From Octopus bimaculoides (Eukaryota): a stretch of DNA of 64,000 bases. Positions 54,220 to 64,000 of the stretch are shown one piece after another. The notes beneath the pieces were generated by a model. The model did no database searches, was not told the origin of the DNA, and was given only the letters and a program-made list of their open reading frames with translations. The DNA is taken from contig NC_068995.1 of the NCBI RefSeq assembly GCF_001194135.2, forward strand, positions 10,988,743 through 11,052,742. Reading direction: 5' to 3'. Both the position numbers and the translations under genes were made by a program. The number at the start of each line of letters is the position of its first letter. Within the stretch, counting starts at the first letter, position 1.

Positions 54220-54415
54220 CTTTCTGCTAAAGTCACAAGAGCTGAAATTTTGAAGGAGGGGACTAGTCGATTACATCGACCCCAGTCCATAACTGGTACT
54301 TATTCTATCGACCCGATTGGATGAAAGATAAAGTGAACCCTGGTGGCATTCAAACTCAGAAGAAATGCTACAAAGCATTTTTTCTTAGCATGGGAATGGT
54401 TCTGCTAGTTATCCT
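54220..54415 (-). mobile_element. Family B SINE
   Basis: gtcgattacatcgaccccagt...actggtact motif. Confidence 0.7.
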
Positions 54416-56889
54416 CCTGCTCCAGGTATAATATTAAAAGCTGTAATCTGGCCAATCATTGAATCTCTCTGGACTGTCATTGAAATCATTACAGCCCAGT
54501 CACTCACTAATTAGATAAAGGGCATTAATTAATATTGCAAGACACACAGTCTGGATAAATGATATTAGAACAACTTTGATCAAGGTCAGCCAACATGTGA
54601 CGGGGTTGATCTCTACTAAAACAACAACTACAACAAGCTGTAGTGTTGTTAGTAGTGTTAGTAGTAAGGGGAGAGGCCCGTTAGTGGTATTAGTAGGGAC
54701 GTTAGTGGTGTTAGGGATATTACAGTTTGCAAGGTGTTGCCAGGTCACTTGGATCGGCCAGGCTGTCTGGTGCTGAGTTGACTCTGCTGGTCACAACATT
54801 TGGTCCTTTCCCCTCATGCTCTTGCCATTCTCCCCCATGTTGTTTCAAATATCTTTCTTATATTCCTCTGAGTGGTCACTTCCGTTCATGCAGTGGTACC
54901 ACTCGACAACTGGTGTTGCAATTAAAAGCAGTTGGATATTATATATATTTACACTTTGCAATATTTAACATGAACTAAGTGTTACAAATGCTACACATTG
55001 TATTAAACAGCAGTTGGCAGTTATATTAACATTCTTATTATACATAATAGGAACTAAGATATTACAAACTCATACCTTATTGCATTTTAATAGGAGAAGG
55101 ACATTGTTAATTTACACATCGTTGTATCTAACAGGAGTTTGTTATATATAAATCTACACCATGTTATATTACACCTCATGAATTATTGATTTAGTATCAA
55201 TATCTGTTCAAAGAGAATGATGATACTTTTTTTTTTTATCCTTTTCCAATATTTCTCTTTCCTTCCATCTCTCAGGATTTTATTTTGTATTAGATTTGTT
55301 ATATTTAAACCCAGCATTGTTCTTTTATCTATTATCTTTCATTATCTCACTGCAAGATTGTTCTAATAGCTGCTACTGCTGTCTGTTATCTGAATATCAC
55401 ACCTTTGTATAATTGTTATTAATGTTTCTTTTAGCTGTGTTATCTCCTGTATCTTTTACATTTTTCTCTGTTATCTCTTTTTTTTTTTATATCACAATTA
55501 CTTCATTGTTCTTATAACTACTATCTGTTATCTCCATATCAGCCCTTTATGTAACTGTTATCGATGTTTCTGTTATTTTATCTCCTCCTACCTATGGTTT
55601 CATCATTGCAATAACTGTTCTCTGTTATCATTTTATCTCTTCATTCATTCAAACAGATATTTTCTTTGCTGTTGTTCTTTTAGTCTAAATTATACCATTT
55701 TAAACATAATTTTGATTGGCTCACTTCACCCATTATATATATCTTGGAGCTAATTCACGGCAGCTTTCGTCCTAATTTTGGGACTGCCATGTTGGCTTGG
55801 CGATAACTATTAATTTCCAGTACCGCTGCCGTAGTCTCCTTTAGAGAGACTTAGAAATATTAATAACTCTATATATATATATATATATATATATAATGTA
55901 ATAATACTTGGAACCTTCCCTGCATTGGATTTTGAGCCTACTGACCAACCATGGACTGCATGCCAGAGTATACTCTTGTGTGATATTATGTAAACAGTGA
56001 GTATGTTCAGTCTATATTTGTGGATGTACACTTACAACCATGCAGTGGGGAGTTCAATTCCCAGACCAGGCTGTGTGTTGAGTTCTTGAGCAAGATGCTT
56101 CATTTCACGTTGCTCCAGTTCACTCAGCTGTAGAAATGAGTTGCGACGTCACAGGTGCCAAGCTGCATCAGTCTATATATATATATATTTGACAGGCTTC
56201 TTTCAGTTTCCATCTACCAAATTCACTCACAAGAATTTGATCGGCCCAAGGCTATAGTAGAAGACACTTGCCACACTGTGGGACTGAACCTGGAACGGTG
56301 GGGTTCGGAAGCAAGCTGCTTACCACATAACCATACCACACACACACATGCAAGTATGTTTACACACACACACGCGCGCGTATGTATGTATGTATCTACA
56401 TTTAACAGGTGTTAAATATCACATGTTTTACACAGTGTTGTGTTTAATAGGAATTGACAGTTATGAATTTACTCCTTGTCGTATTAAAGAGTTGGATATT
56501 ATAAAATTTCTTGTATTTACCAAGAGTTTGGATGTTTAAATGTCACTACAATACTCAGGTTTATACTGAACAACGTATTGGATATTATATAAATCTACAC
56601 CTTGTTATATTTCCCATAAAATATTGTTATAACATCAATATCTGTTCAAATGGTTTGGTCATGTTTTTCTCTTCCTATAATTCTCTTTCCTCTCGTTCCA
56701 TCTCTCAGTATTTTATTATTGCAATTGTTATCTTTAAACACTTCATAGTACTTTTATCTGTTATCTTTTCATCTCATCCATCCAATGTTATTCTTACAGC
56801 TGCTGTCTGTTATCTACACATTAGTATCCTTTTATATCATTGTTAATGTTTTATCACATTGTACCTATAGTGTTATATCTATTGCTATA

Positions 56890-59022
56890 AACCCCTTTGC
56901 TGTCATCCTTTAAACCTGGTTTCTTTTAAACATATTTTATGTATTGTTGTTCTCTCACACAAAGCTATATTTATTCAAGATTTCAAGGCATTTCTCAAAT
57001 GTACTGGAACACATCATTAGTGATTTTCCTGGAAACCATAGAAGAATAATTCTGGTTACTTCAACATCAGATATCTTTGTCCAGTTGACTCAGCTAGGGT
57101 TGATATTCATGGCTTGAATCTCAGCACCGGCAAGTCCAGTCATAAACCCTCTTTTTTTTTTATCCAAAGACATATAATAGCTTTCTTTGTGGCTTCTCAT
57201 GTTGGGACATATGTTCATCCACTTGCTACAAAATTGTTTCCAAGCACCAGTTGGAGTCTTGCCGAACAAACATCAAACAAGCACCTGAAGCCCTCTTCAG
57301 TTGTCTTGCATCAAGCCTGCCAGCGTCTGCTTCTGAACCAAACTGCTCGAACATTTCCTTCCTGGCATTTAGCAAGCTTCCTTCACATGGATCTTCTCCA
57401 TGTAATCTTCCCATGTAGGAGTCAGTCAGTTCTCACATGATCCTGTGCTTGGTAGGCTCTGAAACGATCGTGTCCGACCAGAATGTTGTTTATATGATAC
57501 TCTCAAGGAACTTTCGATGTTTTTGCAGAATCCACTCTCATCTGCCTGTCTGGAGCTGTACAAAGGCTGGCATGGCCTTCTATGTGACAGTCAATGAGGC
57601 ATTTCTCTATCTTTAAGAAAATGGGTAACGTGCCTTTTGGGTGTGATATCTACTGGAATGAACATCTATGAAGATCACCTCTGTAATCACCTGGGGTATT
57701 TGTTCTTGGTGCCAATAGCAGCTGCTGAAATGATTTGCTTCTAATACATACAGCACAGGAAAGAGTTTTACTCCTGCTTCATATATGAGTTTGGTGAGTT
57801 GGTGTTTTAGACAGCCCATTTCAAGAATCTGGTGCAGTATATATCAGTCTACCATAAATGCAACCAAGTGTTCTTCTGCTGCATTAAATATTCCCAGTAT
57901 ATTGACTGAGAATTGCCATATTACTTTTTCTGCTGAGCATTCCAAGTCAACTGCATATAAAGACATATCAGAAGGCTGCGTGTTCGAATCACGTCTGGGT
58001 CACCAGTTTTTTAGTGCGTCCTTTTGGGGTACTTATCACCAAGCAGTTCTTAGTGAAGCTCTATGGGTGGGGAATGAAAGATGTCTGCATTTTGGCTCTT
58101 TCTTGTCCTCATCTTCAGCGTCACATTTCTCTGCAAAGTGTGTTATGAGATTCTACCTCAAGTTGCTTCACAATTCAGCTAGTGACTGGTGTTCATCTTC
58201 ATTGGTCTCTTACACTGCATCTTGAGAGTTTTTAAGAACAATGACAGATCCTTTCATGGGTATGAGACGTTTTGGTGCAGCCATTCTGGCGCCACTTATT
58301 TGGTTTTCACTGATTCGACGCTGACTTATTTGACATCAGATATTTTAATGCTTCTCTCATTCTCCACTTCTCTCTCTCCCTGTCTATGTGTCTGGGAAAA
58401 TTTCCCTTAATGTGTATGAAGAGAGGGAAAGTGTTTGTCACTCATTCAATTGATAAATTGTAATGTCTCTTTCTTTCTCTCTCTCTTTATGTTTTTTAAC
58501 ATTTCTGTTTGTGTGTGTGAGGAGAGTGTTTATGTCACTTGTGTTCAATTAAAATATTGTGATGTCTCTCTCTTTTACTTTCTCTCACTCACTCTACCTG
58601 TATGTGTATATTTCCTCTTGTACGTTTGCCAAAAAGTATTGTCATCAAAAACAAGTTCAACGACCAATCAGCTGCAAAAGTGAATAGAGATCCGTTCATT
58701 TAACGAGCTGAAATTTGATCAACAAACCAGGAGTTGGTTACACACTGGGAGAGAGTGTACAACCAGTTCGTTAACGTCCGGGTACACAGTTCATGAGGCT
58801 TGCAAAATTTCAAATTTTATATAGAAAATAATTTCTATTTTGCAAGAAAACCTAATCCTGGATCGACAGAGGCAAGCCAAAGGAAAAAAAACGCATGCAC
58901 GCCCTTCCTCCGTCACATACATTTACTTATATATTCACCTATTTGCTATTGACGTATGGACAAATAAAACGTCATTTCATGCCTTCATGTGGAGCCTGGG
59001 TGTGACTTGCAATGGAGGTTAA
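56890..59022 (-). mobile_element. Possible heavily decayed piggyBac-like element
   Basis: Ends resemble TTAA-CCC termini (ataaacccctttgctgtc; gacttgcaatggaggttaa); broken acidic N-terminal peptide MAAPKRL..EDEDKKE; catalytic motifs not clearly readable. Confidence 0.3.
57967..58005 (+). pseudogene. tRNA-Trp 3' half with terminal CCA
   Basis: atcagaaggctgcgtgttcgaatcacgtctgggtcacca matches metazoan tRNA-Trp positions 38-76 as I recall them, one mismatch. Confidence 0.85.
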
Positions 59023-59207
59023 AATGCAGTTTACCAATGTAAAAAGGTGAAAGTAAGCTGTCATTGAAAAATACTGAAAAGTGAAAATAACTTTGTGAAA
59101 GAAACCGGTTGTCACGACACTGACTCAACGAACGTGTCGAACATACATATATTAAATATAACATGAAAAACGTACATATATTGTGTTCAAGATGAAAACA
59201 ATTGTAT

Positions 59208-59630
59208 TTACGGGAAAGCATAGCAGTCGTTGATGCACGAAATGAGATTCGTAAATATTGGGTTGGTGCATAATTATTTCGGCTTTTTTTCAACAAATTT
59301 TCTTCAACAAAAGCATTAATATATAACAAAAACATCTTTAAATGATTATTCCGGAGCATATTCACCTTCTACTTCAATTACTCCTTCCCATTTGCTTGGC
59401 AGACGGTCAGACCGTCAATTGAAGATGTTTTTGTTAAATATTGTTTTTGTTGAATAAAATATGTTGAAAAAAAATCCTCAGTAATTACGCACCAACCCAA
59501 TAATTTTTCATGATCTCTAAATTTGTTTTGCCACACACATTCATAAAGATATGATGCAAATAAATCATCGCTAGTCCCACATTGCCGCCTAAATTTCTTC
59601 AAGGCGAACATCAATCACCCTGCTTTATTT
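59208..59630 (-). pseudogene. Merlin/IS1595-like transposase C-terminus, split by a mariner MITE
   Basis: KFRRQCGTSDDLFASYLYECVWQNKFRDHEKL continues in frame as FTNLISCINDCYAFP* once the insert is removed. Confidence 0.75.
59256..59502 (-). mobile_element. Internally deleted mariner element (TA TSD)
   Basis: TIRs TA-ttgggttggtgcataatta / taattacgcaccaacccaa-TA; residual C-terminus DRLPSKWEGVIEVEGEYAPE* on the minus strand. Confidence 0.9.
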
Positions 59631-59938
59631 TGCTATCATCGTTTGGTTCAACACCCGTGAATATTTCACGGAATTAATGGTAAACCTATTAGGTTATTTC
59701 TTAAAACTTTCTACAAAAAAAAAAAAGCTGAAAGTGTAGCCTTCGTTGTATCTGTATGGAAAGATGGTCGCTCATCTGCTGCTCATTGAAAAGTGAAGGA
59801 AATTGGAATACGATGATTACTTAATGCGCTTTATATATATACACTTTATATAATTATTCAATATTAACAGTTTTGTATTAGAAAACCAAGAATTTAAACA
59901 AGGCTGTAAAAGAAGTGCTCAAACTAGTTGAGACATAG

Positions 59939-61500
59939 GTACAAAGTTAATTGCAGAATAAAACCATTAGGTCATCGACTCAAAAAGCCGTAGTCCACCA
60001 ATGACCACATATAAGAAGTACAGCATAAACCACAAAACCAAATTAGTAAAGGGGAGTCAAAATTTTTATACATAAGAATAAAAATCGATTAAAAATACAA
60101 TAGAATAATATAAATAAATAAATAAACTGCGATTAAAAGTTGATTAAAAATATTAGAGACCGGTGCAATTACAGTAGAATGAAAAAATATAGAGAAAAAA
60201 AATAATACATAGGGAGACGTAGCACAACAGCTCATTCGCTGAGGCCAACAAAAGAAGTTCAAGACAAGTAGTACGAAAGTTCAACTACCTGCCTCATGAC
60301 AGCAAATTTAGTAGGTAAAATCCNNNNNNNNNNNNNNNNNNNNNNNNNNNNNNNNNNNNNNNNNNNNNNNNNNNNNNNNNNNNNNNNNNNNNNNNNNNNN
60401 NNNNNNNNNNNNNNNNNNNNNNNNNNNNNNNNNNNNNNNNNNNNNNNNNNNNNNNNNNNNNNNNNNNNNNNNNNNNNNNNNNNNNNNNNNNNNNNNNNNN
60501 NNNNNNNNNNNNNNNNNNNNNNNNNNNNNNNNNNNNNNNNNNNNNNNNNNNNNNNNNNNNNNNNNNNNNNNNNNNNNNNNNNNNNNNNNNNNNNNNNNNN
60601 NNNNNNNNNNNNNNNNNNNNNNNNNNNNNNNNNNNNNNNNNNNNNNNNNNNNNNNNNNNNNNNNNNNNNNNNNNNNNNNNNNNNNNNNNNNNNNNNNNNN
60701 NNNNNNNNNNNNNNNNNNNNNNNNNNNNNNNNNNNNNNNNNNNNNNNNNNNNNNNNNNNNNNNNNNNNNNNNNNNNNNNNNNNNNNNNNNNNNNNNNNNN
60801 NNNNNNNNNNNNNNNNNNNNNNNNNNNNNNNNNNNNNNNNNNNNNNNNNNNNNNNNNNNNNNNNNNNNNNNNNNNNNNNNNNNNNNNNNNNNNNNNNNNN
60901 NNNNNNNNNNNNNNNNNNNNNNNNNNNNNNNNNNNNNNNNNNNNNNNNNNNNNNNNNNNNNNNNNNNNNNNNNNNNNNNNNNNNNNNNGTTTATGGTTTG
61001 ACTTTACTGATGTTACCTGCGGAATGGTGAAATATGGATTTTACTTTGCCACACTTTGGATGTTCTGTTGGTGTTTTGTCCCGTGCACTTCGGTATTCCT
61101 GTTTATCAAATTGGATTTTACCTACTAAATTTGCTGTCATGAGGCAGGTAGTTGAACTTTCGTACTATTTATCTTGAACTTCTTTTATTGGCCTCAGCGA
61201 ATGAACTGTTGTGCTATGTCTCCCTATGTATTATTTTTTTCTATATATATATATTTTTATTCTACTGTATTTGTACCAGTCTCTAATATTTTTAATCAAC
61301 TTTTAATCGCAGTTTATTTATTGATTTATATTATTCTATTGTATTTTTAATCGATTTTTATTCTTATGTATAAAAATTTTGACTTCCCTTTACTAATTTG
61401 GTTTTGTGGTCTATGTTGTACTTCTTATATGTGGTCATTGGTGGACTACGGCTTTTTGAGTCGATGACCTAACGGTTTTATTCTGCAATTAACTTTGTAC
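59939..61500. repeat. Long inverted repeat (arms 59939-60323 and 61113-61500) flanking an N gap
   Basis: Arms are reverse complements with scattered substitutions and small indels. Confidence 0.85.
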
Positions 61501-61544
61501 ACTTTATATATATACACTTTATATTCTTTATGCAGAATTTTATA

Positions 61545-61808
61545 GACTTAACAGGTAATCTTCAAGTTTAGGGGGATAAAATAAATAAAAAAAAGATTCA
61601 AGGGAAGTAACTGAACATCTTACCAGTATTCTCCGTACATCTCTGTTTATAAATAAATCACACACGTGATTTGATTGACGTTAGGGTGTGATTTATTTAT
61701 AAACAGCTAGAAGAAAACGGATAATACTGGTAAGTCGTTCAGTTATTTCCCTTGAATATTTTTATTTATTTTTTTATCCCCCTAAACTTGAAGATTACCG
61801 ACTTAACA
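61545..61808. mobile_element. Palindromic MITE (61554-61799) with a 9-bp TSD, Merlin- or Mutator-type
   Basis: gacttaaca on both sides; termini GGTAATCTTCAAGTTTAGGGGGATAAAA / TTTTATCCCCCTAAACTTGAAGATTACC; arms complementary over about 100 bp. Confidence 0.9.
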
Positions 61809-62359
61809 CATAGCACTCATAAAATAAATATTCACTCTTATTTTTCTATTTTTCCCATAAAAAAAAAATCCCAAGATTTGGTTAAATTGCATATATCTGC
61901 CTCATAAATAAGCGTGAATATTTTCACGGAATTGCACTTATGCATTAAGAGATTGGTGATATAAAAAACCTCGTTCAATTAAAAAAAAACAACACTTTTC
62001 CCTTTCTAATCACCGTCACCATTTCCACCACCACCTCCACCATCATCTCTCTCTCCCTTCTCCCTTCTCTCTGCCTTTCTTTAACCTTACCATCAGAACA
62101 TCTATCCTCTGTTAAAATTATATTTTTAACTCTTTTCTACCTCCAACTAACATTTTTAATCACGTAATAAATATAACGTCCCGCCTACCTCACGTTCTCT
62201 CTCTTGTCTCCTTTCTTTCTTTTACACATGTATTTTTTCCACAGACTTCAGCATAGTTAGACCAAAACTTACAATACAAAGTTCTTATTTCTCAAGATCT
62301 TATTAAAACCCCTGGTGTTGCAGTAATGTTTCATGTGTTTGTGCCTGCGTTTGTGACGG

Positions 62360-62695
62360 TGGCCATGCTGGTGCACCACCTTTTAGTCGAATAAATCAAC
62401 CCCAGTACTTATTTTTTTTTAAAGCCTGGTACTTATTGTATCGGTCTCTTTTGCCAAACCATTAAGTTACAGGGACATAATCTCACCAACACCGGTTTGA
62501 CAACCGGTGATGGTGGAACAAACACAGACACAAAAACACGCACACGTAGATACACACACACACACACATGTATATACACACGACGGGATTCTTTCAGTTT
62601 CCGTCTACCAAATCCACTCACAAGGCTTTGGTCGGCCCGAGGCTATAATAGAAACACTTGCCCAAGGTACCACGCAGTGGAACACAGACAGAAAG

Positions 62696-62739
<44 letters not shown>

Positions 62740-62758
62740 GACGGGCTTCTTTCAGTTT
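62360..62758 (-). mobile_element. Family A SINE with a second partial copy running into a gap
   Basis: acgacggg(c/a)ttctttcagttt occurs twice. Confidence 0.8.
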
Positions 62759-63689
62759 NNNNNNNNNNNNNNNNNNNNNNNNNNNNNNNNNNNNNNNNNN
62801 NNNNNNNNNNNNNNNNNNNNNNNNNNNNNNNNNNNNNNNNNNNNNNNNNNNNNNNNNNNNNNNNNNNNNNNNNNNNNNNNNNNNNNNNNNNNNNNNNNNN
62901 NNNNNNNNNNNNNNNNNNNNNNNNNNNNNNNNNNNNNNNNNNNNNNNNNNNNNNNNNNNNNNNNNNNNNNNNNNNNNNNNNNNNNNNNNNNNNNNNNNNN
63001 NNNNNNNNNNNNNNNNNNNNNNNNNNNNNNNNNNNNNNNNNNNNNNNNNNNNNNNNNNNNNNNNNNNNNNNNNNNNNNNNNNNNNNNNNNNNNNNNNNNN
63101 NNNNNNNNNNNNNNNNNNGTATGTATGTATATAGAAGTAATTGCAAATTGATAGCTCGATTCGAAAAGTAAAGAAAAATCTTTGAAAGTTTACAGAAGAG
63201 AAATTTATAAATTTATGAATGAAATTGTGTGCAACTACAAATTAATGCCCCACCTGGTATCGTTTCCTCAAAACTTTACAAAAAGTGTATATTTTTTAAT
63301 TTCTAACGAAATTTTGCAGAAATACCATTTTCAAGAATGTAAGGATCTTTTTGAATTCTTTGTAACCACCAGGATTTTTTTTCAAATTTTCACCATCTTG
63401 TTCCAAATTTTCTAATCTGGCGTAGCGTTTCTTGCTGATGACGAACATTACATAATTTCCATTATCTAGAAATGATTACAAATCTTACAATTTATGTAAT
63501 TTTAGCCCATCAGAAGTCTCTGTTGTCGACACACGGGAAATCGCATTTGTATGTTTCCACGGTGACATCACCCACATATGCAAGGATGAAACGAAGGCAA
63601 TACTTTACGTGGCTTCTCGACAGACAAGAAATATCAGCCAAATGTTTCTTAAACTATACCAACTTGAAGGGTTTTAGTCGAACAAATCG

Positions 63690-63870
63690 ATTCCAGCACA
63701 TATTTTTCAAAGTCTGGTACTTATCGGTTCGTTAATGAACCGCGAAGTCGGTGTTTTGTTGCATTGGTCGACTCGAGGCTATAGTAGAAGACACTTGGCT
63801 AAGGTGTCACGCTGTGGGATTGAACCGGTAACGCTGTGGTTGAGAAGAAAACTTCTTACCACACAAACAT
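63690..63870 (-). mobile_element. Internally deleted family A SINE
   Basis: cgaggctatagtagaagacacttgg...ttcttaccacac. Confidence 0.7.
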
Positions 63871-63936
63871 TTTGATACACATACGTACATACATTGTCAA
63901 GTTTTTTTCTGTCGTCTGTTACGTTCTTATATCATT

Positions 63937-64000
<64 letters not shown>

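Noticed and set aside
57988-58005. tRNA-Trp primer-binding site of an LTR element on the minus strand
   Set aside because: No LTR ending in CA upstream, no gag/pol downstream, and the complementarity runs 39 nt rather than about 18.

Overview
AT-rich, gappy eukaryotic genomic DNA. The microsatellite load and tRNA-derived SINE families resemble an Octopus-type cephalopod genome (inference, no database search). I find no confidently supported host protein-coding gene. Nearly all listed ORFs are microsatellite or N-gap artefacts, or decayed transposon fragments. The window holds dozens of SINE copies from about six families (my labels A-F), an RTE LINE remnant, Ty3/Gypsy pol remnants, maT, mariner, Merlin and possibly piggyBac DNA-transposon remnants, and several MITEs with clean TIRs or TSDs. 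A ~16 kb block (7.6-23.8 kb) is SINE-poor and CpG-retaining and may be a regulatory or 5' gene region. The most interesting signal is four distinct minimal hammerhead-ribozyme-like motifs. One lies in a 233-bp hairpin-rich unit with a 63-bp terminal redundancy (candidate non-LTR retrozyme), and another lies behind a tRNA-like Pol III promoter. Other oddities are a CCA-tailed tRNA-Trp 3' half, a MITE filled with telomere-like repeats, and a ~385-bp long inverted repeat. SINE boundaries are approximate.
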